A DNA stretch of 64,000 nt from Flavobacterium sp. Lineage in GTDB: Bacteria; Bacteroidota; Bacteroidia; Flavobacteriales; Flavobacteriaceae. Shown here in pieces: positions 51,104-60,382 of this stretch. Each line of letters opens with the position of its first letter. Position 1 is the stretch's first letter. The stretch is from assembly GCF_965262375.1 (NCBI RefSeq), contig NZ_OZ253527.1, forward strand, positions 1,644,706 to 1,708,705, read 5' to 3'. Made by a program: the position numbers and the translations under genes. A model generated the notes under the pieces. The model saw only the letters and a list, made by a program, of their open reading frames with translations. It had not been told where the DNA came from and did no database searches.

Positions 51104-52477
51104 TTATTGAATTAAAGTTGGATTGTCATTGGTTTCGGCGCGATTAATTACCGCTTCGGGCAAAGATTTTTTAGCTTTGGCTCCCATTTTTTTAAGTTTT
51201 TCAACGCTAACTACCAAGTTTCCTTTGCCTTCGACTAACTTGTTCATGGCGCCGGCATACTCGGTTTTGGCCTCGTCCATTTTTTTGCCAATTTTGATTA
51301 AATCGGTTACAAAACCTTCAAATTTATCGTACAAAGCACCTGCTTGGCGCGCTATTTCGTAAGCGTTTTCTTGTTGTTTTTGGTTGGTCCACATACTATC
51401 AATAGTGCGTAAAGTAGCCAAAAGCGTTGAAGGAGTCACAATAACAATGTTGCGTTCAAAGGCTTTGTTGTACAAGGAGGTATCTTCCTGTAGGGCTAGA
51501 GCGAAAGCAGGCTCAATAGGGACAAAGAGTAATACAAAATCAGGGCTTTCCATTTTGTAAACATCCTGATAGTTTTTTTCGCTCAACTGGTCCACATGGC
51601 GTTTTAGGGCGGTTACGTGCTCTTTGAGGTATTGTTGTTTGAAGTTTTCGTCTTCTTCATTCACATAGCGCTCGTATGCCGTTAAGGTTACTTTAGAATC
51701 GACTATCATTTTCTTGCCATCGGGTAGGTTGATGACTACATCGGGTTGCACACGATTGCCTTCTTCGTTCGTAAAGCTTTGTTGTACTTCGTATTCACGA
51801 CCTTTTTCTAAGCCCGATTTTTCTAAAACACGTTCCAATACCAATTCGCCCCAGTTTCCTTGCATTTTGCTGTCGCCTTTTAGGGCTTTAGTCAAGTTGA
51901 GGGTTTCCTTGCTCATTTGGGTGTTGAGTTCTTGTAAACCAATGATTTGTTGGCGCAGGGAAGCATGGTAGTCGATGCTTTCTTTGTGGGTGTCTTCTAC
52001 TTTCTTTTCAAAATGTTGGATTTTGTCGTGTAGAGGTGACAGTATGGTTTTGAGATTTTCTTTGTTTTGTTCGGCAAATTTGGTCGATTTTTCCTCAAGG
52101 ATTTTATTGGCTAAATTTTCAAATTCTTTGGTGAATTTTTCTTGAAGTTGTTCTACTTCTTGTTTTTGTTCGCGGTTACGCTCTAAAAGGTTGTCAAAAT
52201 CGACTTCTTTTTTAGAAAGTTGAATGGCAAAAGCTTCTTTTTCGTTGCGAATGGTTTCTTTCTCGGATTGTAACTGCTGGATATTACGCAACAGGTTTTC
52301 TTTTTCGGACTGAAAGGCTTGTTTGAGTTGTTCGATTTGAGCGAATAATCCTTTGTTTTTTTCTTCGAGCTGAATTTTTTCAGTTTTGGAACCCGCCGAG
52401 AATAGAAGTTTGCCTAGGAAAAGACCTATGGCTAAAGCAATGAGGAATGTGGCTAGTACGATAAGTGTTTCTGACAT
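51104..52477 (-). CDS. rmuC: DNA recombination protein RmuC
   Basis: GNWGELVL, QPDVVINLP, VDSKV, FVPIE and PSTLLATL motifs. Confidence 0.96.
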   Translation of the reverse strand: MSETLIVLATFLIALAIGLFLGKLLFSAGSKTEKIQLEEKNKGLFAQIEQLKQAFQSEKENLLRNIQQLQSEKETIRNEKEAFAIQLSKKEVDFDNLLERNREQKQEVEQLQEKFTKEFENLANKILEEKSTKFAEQNKENLKTILSPLHDKIQHFEKKVEDTHKESIDYHASLRQQIIGLQELNTQMSKETLNLTKALKGDSKMQGNWGELVLERVLEKSGLEKGREYEVQQSFTNEEGNRVQPDVVINLPDGKKMIVDSKVTLTAYERYVNEEDENFKQQYLKEHVTALKRHVDQLSEKNYQDVYKMESPDFVLLFVPIEPAFALALQEDTSLYNKAFERNIVIVTPSTLLATLRTIDSMWTNQKQQENAYEIARQAGALYDKFEGFVTDLIKIGKKMDEAKTEYAGAMNKLVEGKGNLVVSVEKLKKMGAKAKKSLPEAVINRAETNDNPTLIQ

Positions 52478-52506
52478 GGAATTTTTTATTTGTAAAAATA
52501 ATAAAA

Positions 52507-52632
52507 GAAAATAGATGGAAGAAAATAGATGGAAGAAAATAGATGGGAGAAAATAGATGGGAGAGAATAGATGGGAGAGAATAGATGGGAGAGAATAGAT
52601 GAGAGAGAATAGATGAGAGAAAATAGATGAGA
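52507..52632. repeat. 14-bp tandem array GA(A/G)AATAGATG(G/A)(A/G)A x9
   Basis: Read directly. Confidence 0.95.
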
Positions 52633-52667
52633 GAGAATTTATTTTATGGCTTTTGTATTGAAATACC

Positions 52668-52709
52668 CAATTCTAAATTCTGATTTCTAAATTCTAAATT
52701 CTAAATTCT
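52668..52709. repeat. 7-bp tandem repeat TTCTAAA, about 6 units
   Basis: Read directly. Confidence 0.85.
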
Positions 52710-52729
52710 TTTTACTGTATTTTTGTGCC

Positions 52730-53305
52730 ATGAACAAGCACCGTCATTTCCTTCTTCACAAGCCCCACGGCTATATCAGCCAATTTATTTATGAGAAAAA
52801 GCGCAACAAGAAAAAGTTGGGAGAATTGTACGATTTTCCAGATGGAACTATGGCAATAGGTAGGTTGGATGAGGATTCTGAAGGTCTGTTATTACTCACT
52901 ACCGATGGGATGATGAGTGAAATAGTACGAAGTAAAACGGTTGAAAAAGAATACTATGCACAAGTGGATGGGGTGGTGACGCCTGAAGCTATTGAAAAAT
53001 TAAAAAGTGGCGTAGAAATTGGGGTAAAGGGAGTCCGTTATACCACTAAACCTTGTGATGCTAGAATTTTAGAAACGCTTCCCGATTATATAGGTGAAGG
53101 ACGACGCATACGTGACGAGCGTCATGGGCCGACGAGTTGGCTGTCCATAACACTCACGGAAGGGAAATTTCGTCAAGTGCGAAAAATGACCGCAGCGGTG
53201 GGATTTCCTACTTTACGCCTTGTACGTGTGCGTGTGGGAGCAATCGATTTGAAAGGGTTGCGGGCTGGGGAAGTGCGAGAGGTTAAAGATTTTAATATGA
53301 GTTAA
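52730..53305 (+). CDS. RsuA/RluE-family pseudouridine synthase
   Basis: GRLDEDSEGLLLLT and LTEGKFRQVRKM motifs. Confidence 0.92.
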   Translation: MNKHRHFLLHKPHGYISQFIYEKKRNKKKLGELYDFPDGTMAIGRLDEDSEGLLLLTTDGMMSEIVRSKTVEKEYYAQVDGVVTPEAIEKLKSGVEIGVKGVRYTTKPCDARILETLPDYIGEGRRIRDERHGPTSWLSITLTEGKFRQVRKMTAAVGFPTLRLVRVRVGAIDLKGLRAGEVREVKDFNMS

Positions 53306-53306
53306 G

Positions 53307-53780
53307 ATGCGAGTGTTTGATTTGAATGATTGTTATGTAAAAGATGAAGTTTATTTTTATAAATCTGTTTTAGAATCTTATTCTTATGTATTCTTTTCAA
53401 TAGTTACATTAATTGCTTCTATAGTTGCATTTTGGCTTGAAGCTGTGTTTTTAGGTTTTATGCTTACAGCATCTAGTATATTTATTTTTTATAAATTTAA
53501 AGTTTATTCGAAAGGTATAGATGAAATTCAATTGACTATCAATTTGGAGGGGGTAAGGTATAAAGACAGAGAAATAGTAAAATGGGAAAATATTGAAAAT
53601 GAAAGAGTAGTGGCGCAAGAGAAAAATGTGGGTTCAGAAGATTCTTACACCATCTATTCCTTTAGTTGTTATTGTAAAAGCACTGATTCTTATGTAGTTA
53701 TTAATTCAAGTGAAATAGAAATTGATATACATATTTTGGTAAGTGTTTTAAAAATATTTAGACATAGAAGTAAATCTTAG
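53307..53780 (+). CDS. Hypothetical membrane protein
   Basis: Two TM helices plus a PH-like soluble part; co-oriented with its neighbours. Confidence 0.6.
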   Translation: MRVFDLNDCYVKDEVYFYKSVLESYSYVFFSIVTLIASIVAFWLEAVFLGFMLTASSIFIFYKFKVYSKGIDEIQLTINLEGVRYKDREIVKWENIENERVVAQEKNVGSEDSYTIYSFSCYCKSTDSYVVINSSEIEIDIHILVSVLKIFRHRSKS

Positions 53781-53783
53781 TTA

Positions 53784-54746
53784 ATGCGCAACAACAATCT
53801 CGATATTCTTAAAATTAGCATGGCTTTTTTAGTCGTGGCTTTGCATATTTTTCCTGTTTCCAAAGTGGAAGGCGTGGTGGGTTTGATATCTTACGAAATC
53901 GCCAGTGGTATTACGCGTATTGCGGTGCCCACTTTCTTTTTGATTTCAGGATTTTTTCTGCGACATAAACTTGAAGATTCGGCTTATTTGGGAGCTTATA
54001 TGCAACGATTGTTGAGTATTTATCTAGTATGGCAATTGTTGTATTTGCCTGATGTGTTGCATTATTACCATTTAGGTTGGTTTAATAAAAAAGCCTTATT
54101 GCTAAAAATGCTGTATGGCTATTGGCATTTATGGTATTTGTTGGCGACAGTCATGGCGGTAGGCTTACTGTATTGGACAAGACATTGGGCAGTTAAGGCA
54201 AAATTCGGAATGAGTTTCTTGTTGCTGGCTGTGGGCTATGCTTTTCAAATAGTAGTTCAATCGGGCGTTTGTAATGCTTTTCCAAAGGTTTTGACTTTTT
54301 ATGAAAATATAGGGACGACACGTAATTTCCTTTTCTTCGGTTATCCCATGCTGTTGCTTGGAACGCTCTATGAACATTGGAATACAGTCGTTGAAAAAAT
54401 AAAGCATTTGTATTTTCCGTTATGGGTAATTTTATTGGTTGAGGTCGCTTGGTATTTCAAGCATCAGGTCAAGGCAATGGATTTTTTACTGGTATTGCCA
54501 TTATTGAGCATGATGACTTTTCATTGTGTGAAAACAGCGCCCAATATGTTTCAAGGCAAAATTAACGGCACTTTATCATTGGGCATTTACCTATGCCATC
54601 CGTATGCGATTCGGGTGGTGGATGCTTTTTTGCCAGAAAAAGGATTTTACGATTGGTTGCTGAAATATCCCCTGATATGTTTGTTGGCTATAGCCTTCTG
54701 GTGGTTGGTAGAACAATTGAATAAGCGTTTGCCTTATTTTTATTAA
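53784..54746 (+). CDS. Acyltransferase family 3 (OafA-like)
   Basis: NLDILK..LVVALH, AVPTFFLISG, HLWYL and SLGIYLCH motifs. Confidence 0.88.
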   Translation: MRNNNLDILKISMAFLVVALHIFPVSKVEGVVGLISYEIASGITRIAVPTFFLISGFFLRHKLEDSAYLGAYMQRLLSIYLVWQLLYLPDVLHYYHLGWFNKKALLLKMLYGYWHLWYLLATVMAVGLLYWTRHWAVKAKFGMSFLLLAVGYAFQIVVQSGVCNAFPKVLTFYENIGTTRNFLFFGYPMLLLGTLYEHWNTVVEKIKHLYFPLWVILLVEVAWYFKHQVKAMDFLLVLPLLSMMTFHCVKTAPNMFQGKINGTLSLGIYLCHPYAIRVVDAFLPEKGFYDWLLKYPLICLLAIAFWWLVEQLNKRLPYFY

Positions 54747-54752
54747 CAGTTA

Positions 54753-55514
54753 TTACTTCAAAATTTCATCAAAAAAAGCTTTCATGGCTTGCCAAGAGCG
54801 CTTGGCTGCTTTTTCATTGTAGGCAACCCCTTTGCTTTTGTCATTCCCAGCATCTTTGTGGGTGAAAGCGTGAACAGCATCTGCGTAATAAACCATTTGC
54901 CAGTCGGCATTTGCTTTACGCATTTCTTCTTGAAATGCTTTTATATCGGTTTCAGGAATAAAAAAGTCATCGGCTCCATGTAAAATGAGAACCTTTGGTT
55001 GGATAGGTGCAATAGTTCTTTCTTTATCACGACCTAATCCTCCATGAAAAGAAACGACTCCTTGTACGTTCAGATTGTTTCGGGCAGCTTCAATAGCGCC
55101 AGTACCTCCAAAACAATATCCAATGACAGCAATTTTATCTGGATTTGCTCCTGCTTTTACCAATTGGTCTAATGCTAGTTGAATTCTTTTTTGGTACTCT
55201 TTGTAATTTGTTTTGAAATATCCTGCTTGTTTTCCAGCTTCGTTGGTGTCTTTAGGTCTTTTGTCCTGACCATAAATATCCGCTACAAAAGCAATATAGC
55301 CTAGTTTGGCCAATTCGGTTGCGTTTTCTTTAGCATTGTAATCGACTCCCATCCAAGCAGGTAAAACTAAAACTCCAGCTTTATTTGGTAAACCGTTTTG
55401 AGGCAATGCCAAATGACCTTCTAATTTTTGATTTTCATCGGTATAGCTAATGGTTTTTAGTTGTGCTTGCATGGTAAAAGTTATAAAAAGGACTAAAGTA
55501 GTTATCGTTTTCAT
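54753..55514 (-). CDS. Dienelactone hydrolase family protein, secreted
   Basis: GYCFGG, SFHGGL, LHGADD and HAFT motifs. Confidence 0.92.
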   Translation of the reverse strand: MKTITTLVLFITFTMQAQLKTISYTDENQKLEGHLALPQNGLPNKAGVLVLPAWMGVDYNAKENATELAKLGYIAFVADIYGQDKRPKDTNEAGKQAGYFKTNYKEYQKRIQLALDQLVKAGANPDKIAVIGYCFGGTGAIEAARNNLNVQGVVSFHGGLGRDKERTIAPIQPKVLILHGADDFFIPETDIKAFQEEMRKANADWQMVYYADAVHAFTHKDAGNDKSKGVAYNEKAAKRSWQAMKAFFDEILK

Positions 55515-55547
55515 TGTTTTTGATTTGATTTTTAAAGATACATAAAA

Positions 55548-56318
55548 TTACTTAAACACAAATTTCCCTTTTTCTTTATCAAAACTAATATCTTCATCCT
55601 CAAACAAGGTGTCAAAAGTGCCATTTTCTATGAGCAGGCAGGGTTCTGATTGCTGAAGGGAATCTTTTTTCATCACGAGCATTTCATCACTCAGTTGAAT
55701 GGCTAAATCAATATCATGGGTTGAAAAAAGAATGCATTTTTGGGTTTCTTGGGCTAATTTTTTTAGCAATTTAAATAACGAAACTTTATGGTGTAAATCC
55801 AAATGCGTTGTAGGCTCGTCTAAAATAATGATGGGGGTGTCTTGGGCTAATGCACGCGCAACTAATGCTTTTTGCAATTGACCATCGCTTAATTCAAAGT
55901 GTTTTTTGTCTTTTAAATGACTGATTTCGGTGAGTTCCAGTGCCCAATTGATTTTTTCAATATCCTCCAGCGTTAATTTACCTACCCAATTGGTGTAGGG
56001 TTGACGACCTAAAGCAACCAATTCAAACACGGACAAGTTACTGGGGGGTAATTTTTCGGTTAAAACCACGCTGAGGTTTTGTGCTAATGTCAAAGCGGAA
56101 TAGCTTGCTAAATTCTTGTTATTTAGTAACACTTCGCCTTGTAAGGGATTTTGAATTCCTGTTAACGTACGTAAAAGCGTTGATTTTCCAATTCCATTAG
56201 CGCCTATTAGAGTGACTAATTTTCCCTTAGCTAACGATAAATTTATCTGTTTTTGAATAGAAAGCGAGACGCCATTTTTTATATACCCTATCTTTAGGTT
56301 TTGCGTTTGTAATACCAT
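55548..56318 (-). CDS. ABC ATPase, FecE/BtuD-like
   Basis: GANGIGKST, LSDGQLQK and LDEPTTHLD motifs. Confidence 0.92.
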   Translation of the reverse strand: MVLQTQNLKIGYIKNGVSLSIQKQINLSLAKGKLVTLIGANGIGKSTLLRTLTGIQNPLQGEVLLNNKNLASYSALTLAQNLSVVLTEKLPPSNLSVFELVALGRQPYTNWVGKLTLEDIEKINWALELTEISHLKDKKHFELSDGQLQKALVARALAQDTPIIILDEPTTHLDLHHKVSLFKLLKKLAQETQKCILFSTHDIDLAIQLSDEMLVMKKDSLQQSEPCLLIENGTFDTLFEDEDISFDKEKGKFVFK

Positions 56319-56330
56319 AGAACACCTAGA

Positions 56331-57338
56331 TTAGTAATTTCGTTTTTTGATTAATAACCAAATGATAATGGGGGCACCTACTAATGAAGTAACCGCATTA
56401 ATAGGAATAGCAACTTCAAATCCTTGGGATACAATATCACAAAATAACATCACACAGATACCAGTAAGTAGGGTCGTGGTAAACAAATACAAATGTTGGC
56501 TCCCTTGAAAAATAATTCTTGCCATGTGGGGAATAGCTAAACCAATAAAGGCAATAGGTCCCACAAAAGCCGTTATCGTTCCTGTTAGTATACTCGTAAT
56601 AATGATGCTGTAATTTTGAGTCTTTTGGTAAGGAACGCCCATGCTACGCGCATAATTTTCACCCAATAAAAGTGCGTCTAAATTTTTCAATAAACTTAAG
56701 GTTACCAATAATAAGCTTGCAACGATGACTAAAATTAACCAAAGGTTATGCCATGCCACACTTCCTAAATTGCCCATGGACCAAAAAGTGAATTTTTGCA
56801 ATTGGTCAGCGGTAGAGAAGTAACTTAAAATGGTAATCATCGATGCGGTGAAATTGCTAAACATCAAACCAATGACTAAAATGGACATGGTGTTTTTTAC
56901 CTTTTGAGCGGTAAGCATAATGGCTAAAAGAACCACAAAAGAACCCAAACTGGACGCAATGACTAGTCCATACGATGAGGTGAAAATGGGAATCAAAAAA
57001 CTAGGAAGGAAACTACTGCCCATAATTACTAATGCCACCATGAGGCTAGACCCTGAACTCAGTCCTAATACATAAGGACCTGCTAAGGGATTGCGAAATA
57101 GTGTTTGCATTAATAACCCACAAACAGGTAATGCCATACCAACTACTATTGCCATCAATGCTTTGGGTAATCGAAAATTGAGGATGATGTATTCCCAAGT
57201 CGATTTGGTAGCGCCATTTCCAGTTAATATAGAAATGCTTTCTTTAAAAGGGATGTGTACTGAACCCAAACATAAATCCATAAAAAATAGGATAATTCCT
57301 AAAAGGATAATGCCTGTTATGCGTGTTTTGTTTTTCAA
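56331..57338 (-). CDS. FecCD/BtuC-type ABC permease
   Basis: RLPKA, FRNPLAGP..LGLSSG and GPIAFIGLAIPH motifs. Confidence 0.92.
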   Translation of the reverse strand: MKNKTRITGIILLGIILFFMDLCLGSVHIPFKESISILTGNGATKSTWEYIILNFRLPKALMAIVVGMALPVCGLLMQTLFRNPLAGPYVLGLSSGSSLMVALVIMGSSFLPSFLIPIFTSSYGLVIASSLGSFVVLLAIMLTAQKVKNTMSILVIGLMFSNFTASMITILSYFSTADQLQKFTFWSMGNLGSVAWHNLWLILVIVASLLLVTLSLLKNLDALLLGENYARSMGVPYQKTQNYSIIITSILTGTITAFVGPIAFIGLAIPHMARIIFQGSQHLYLFTTTLLTGICVMLFCDIVSQGFEVAIPINAVTSLVGAPIIIWLLIKKRNY

Positions 57339-57586
57339 TTTTATTTCAATCGCTAATAATAGGCATCAAAAATAAGGAAAACAGAGCATTATAAGGTGCT
57401 TTGTTTGGATTTCTAAGAAGAGATATTGTTTAAGTAATACCACTTTAACTTTGGATTTTGTTTTTAAATGAGTTTTCCTATTCAATCGGTTAAATTTTTT
57501 TAGCTCTCGATACGCTTTGCACTCAAGCAAACGATACTCCCGATTTTGTAGTTACCGTCCGTTCGATTTTTGTAATGAAATAAAAA

Positions 57587-57622
57587 AAAACGTATCAAGC
57601 GTGTTTATTCTTGATACGTTTT
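57587..57622 (-). terminator. Hairpin/terminator after BtuF-like gene
   Basis: AAAACGTATCAAG/CTTGATACGTTTT with an A-run on the + strand; boundaries approximate. Confidence 0.7.
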
Positions 57623-57667
57623 GTGTTTTAATAATAGTTGATTTTTTTTTTTTTTTCTACAGTATAT

Positions 57668-58810
57668 CTATTGAATAGGGGTAGCGAAAGTAAAAGTGTA
57701 CTCTTTTAATACTTCGGGATGAAAAATCTTAATGTAATCTTTTAAGACCTTATCGGGTTGGCTTGGAGAACATTCAAAAAAGAGAGTGCCACCCGTTGCG
57801 CCTTTTTGACCTTCAAAGGTATATACTTTTTTATTTTTATAAGCTTTAAACTGTGTATAATGCGGGTTTGATTTGCCAAAATTCACCCAGTTGGTTTCTG
57901 TCCCTGTTGCAATCCAGATGGAAGCATTTTGTCCTTTGTCAAATACTTGCTCAAACGTCAAGGGGGCGCTTCCCACCCCTTTTAAATGTTTCCAAAGATA
58001 ATCCCCTTTCGCATCGGCTATAAAACGAGCTATCCAGCTTTCGCCTTTTGCCATATACCATTGGTCTTGATACATCGTTCCGTACATAACGGTAGGTTTT
58101 GTTTTTAGGTTTTGAACTAATTGAATCGCCTCTTGATAATTTTTTTTCACTTGGTCAAAATAGGATTTTGCTTCTTTTTCCTTGCCAAATAAAGCACCGA
58201 AGAATTTTATCCATTCGGCTTTTCCCAGCGGTGTTTGTTCCATCCAATCGGCTTGAATTAAAACAGGTATGCCCATTTTTTCAATTTGGGTTAAAGTAGG
58301 ATTGGTACCATCCACTCCAAATGAAATCAAAGCTTGAGGGGCTAAATCAATTAGTTTTTCTAAATCAATTTTTTCGTTTTCACCCAAATTTTTAATTTTT
58401 CCAGTATCTATGCGTTTTCTAGTTTTAGGAGACGAAATGTAATCTGTATGCGGAAAACCTGTGATTTTGTTTTCCACCCCTAGAATTTCCATAAAAGGAA
58501 TGTTGGTGGTTGATGTAACCACGACCTCTTTTAAAGGAACTTCAATTTTAGGGTAAGAAGCCAAACTATCAGCAATGGTCGCATGCGCCTTTGCTAATAC
58601 ATAGGTAAGCGGTTTTTGCGCATTAGGCCAAGGCGTAAGTACTTTTACCACGGTATAATTGTCGTATTCTTGAAGCGTAAACCCCGTGGCATCAGTTATG
58701 GTTGATGAAGTTTGACTTACATTGTCTGAGTTCGTATCATTTTTTTTGCATTGGATACTTAAGGTCAGTAGACTTATCCAAACTAGCGTGCGTATTATTT
58801 TTGGCATCAT
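57668..58810 (-). CDS. Substrate-binding lipoprotein, BtuF-like
   Basis: Lipobox, VVVTSTT, WMEQTPLGKAEWIKF and PDKVLKD; B12 gene context. Confidence 0.85.
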   Translation of the reverse strand: MMPKIIRTLVWISLLTLSIQCKKNDTNSDNVSQTSSTITDATGFTLQEYDNYTVVKVLTPWPNAQKPLTYVLAKAHATIADSLASYPKIEVPLKEVVVTSTTNIPFMEILGVENKITGFPHTDYISSPKTRKRIDTGKIKNLGENEKIDLEKLIDLAPQALISFGVDGTNPTLTQIEKMGIPVLIQADWMEQTPLGKAEWIKFFGALFGKEKEAKSYFDQVKKNYQEAIQLVQNLKTKPTVMYGTMYQDQWYMAKGESWIARFIADAKGDYLWKHLKGVGSAPLTFEQVFDKGQNASIWIATGTETNWVNFGKSNPHYTQFKAYKNKKVYTFEGQKGATGGTLFFECSPSQPDKVLKDYIKIFHPEVLKEYTFTFATPIQ

Positions 58811-58944
58811 GAGATATATGATTGTTTGTTTTGATTGAATGCAAAGATAAAAGGATTGGAAGATTATTAGAATTTTAGATTAAATGATTTGAAGATTTAA
58901 AAATTTGAAAATATACACCTTAAAGACTTAAATCCGGGGTTATA

Positions 58945-59067
58945 ACTATTTACTTTTTACTATTCACCATTCACCATTCACTATTTACTGACTACTGACC
59001 ACTGATTACTGATTACTGAATACTAATTACTGTTACTATTTACCATTCACTAATCACTTTTTACTTA
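58945..59067. repeat. Degenerate 7-bp array (ACTGATT/ACCATTC/ACTATTT), about 17 units
   Basis: Read directly; lies between the divergent btuF-like and cobU genes. Confidence 0.85.
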
Positions 59068-59100
59068 CAAATAAATATCTTTACACTCAAAAATAATCAA

Positions 59101-59610
59101 ATGTTATATCTTATTACAGGAGGGGAGCGTTCGGGTAAAAGTTCGTATGCGCAAGAATTAGCCATAAGTTTGAGTGACCAACCTATGTATGTGGCAACGG
59201 CACGCAAGTGGGATGGTGATTTTCAAAAGCGTATCGACCGGCATCAAAGCGAGCGTGATGAACGTTGGACGAATATTGAAGAAGAAAAGCAATTGAGTCG
59301 TATTGATTTTAGCGGTAAAGTTGCGATGATTGACTGTGTGACTCTTTGGTTAACTAACTATTTTGTAGATACTAAAAATGATATTGAATTATGTTTGCAA
59401 CAAGCCAAAGCTGAAATTGAACAGTTGGTATTACAAGAAAATGCAACTATAATCATAATCACTAACGAAATTGGGATGGGCGTTCATGCGCATACTGAAG
59501 TTGGTAGAAAATTTACCGAATTGCAAGGTTGGATGAATCAGTTTATAGCTAAAAAAGCAGATAAAGTGATTTTGATGGTTTCGGGGATTCCAGTAACGAT
59601 TAAAGGGTAA
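59101..59610 (+). CDS. cobU: Adenosylcobinamide kinase/guanylyltransferase
   Basis: ITGGERSGKS, RIDRHQ, IDCVTLWL and TNEIGMG motifs. Confidence 0.95.
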   Translation: MLYLITGGERSGKSSYAQELAISLSDQPMYVATARKWDGDFQKRIDRHQSERDERWTNIEEEKQLSRIDFSGKVAMIDCVTLWLTNYFVDTKNDIELCLQQAKAEIEQLVLQENATIIIITNEIGMGVHAHTEVGRKFTELQGWMNQFIAKKADKVILMVSGIPVTIKG

Positions 59611-59613
59611 TTC

Positions 59614-60261
59614 ATGAAAGCAGTTTTGTCCTGGAGTGGTGGTAAAGACAGTTGTTATGCAGCCATGCAAGCCCTCAAACAAGGAATTCAGCCCACAGTA
59701 TTGTTGAATATGATGAATGAAAATGGAAGGGTTTCGCGTTCGCATGGGTTAACAACGTCTATTTTAGCACAACAAGCCCAACAAATAGGCGTGCCTCTGG
59801 TGGGTATTCCAGCCACTTGGAATGCTTATGAATCAAAATACATTCAGGCGTTGCAGGATATCAAACAAACGTATGCGGTGGAAGCGGTTGTTTTTGGTGA
59901 TATTGATTTAGCTCCGCATCGTGAATGGGAGGAAAAAGTGTGTGAACAAGCACAATTGCAAGCTGTTTTACCACTTTGGCAACATAATCGATTGACGTTA
60001 GTTCATGCCATGCTGGGCGAAGGGATGCAGTGTGTTATCGTGTCTTGTAATACCTTGATGGGCGTTGATTTTTTAGGAAAAACACTTGATACATCGGTTA
60101 TAGAAGCTTTAGTGGCTCTAGGGGTAGACCCTTGTGGCGAAAATGGTGAGTTTCATACCGTTGTGGTCGATTGTCCTTTGTTTGCCCAGCCTATTCAATT
60201 GCCTAACTATCGAAAAGAAGTATATCAAGACTATTGCTTTTTGGTGTGGGAGGAGGATTAG
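59614..60261 (+). CDS. Dph6-like (diphthine-ammonia ligase family) PP-loop ATPase
   Basis: SWSGGKDS PP-loop, VFGDI, PLW and DPCGENGEFHT motifs. Confidence 0.88.
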   Translation: MKAVLSWSGGKDSCYAAMQALKQGIQPTVLLNMMNENGRVSRSHGLTTSILAQQAQQIGVPLVGIPATWNAYESKYIQALQDIKQTYAVEAVVFGDIDLAPHREWEEKVCEQAQLQAVLPLWQHNRLTLVHAMLGEGMQCVIVSCNTLMGVDFLGKTLDTSVIEALVALGVDPCGENGEFHTVVVDCPLFAQPIQLPNYRKEVYQDYCFLVWEED

Positions 60262-60355
60262 TGGTCAGAATCCAGTAATCAGTGGTCAGTAATCAGTGGT
60301 CAGTAATCAGTGGTCAGTAATCAGAAGTCAGAAATTAGAATTTAGAATTTAGAAA
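60260..60355. repeat. CAGTAATCAGTGGT x3.7 then TTAGAAT-type heptamers
   Basis: Read directly; starts at the stop codon. Confidence 0.9.
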
Positions 60356-60382
60356 AAGGTTCTTTACATTAAAAAAATAAAA

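Noticed and set aside
52507-52632. Tandem arrays as a possible CRISPR
   Set aside because: The units are contiguous 7/14-mers with no unique spacers, and there are no cas genes.
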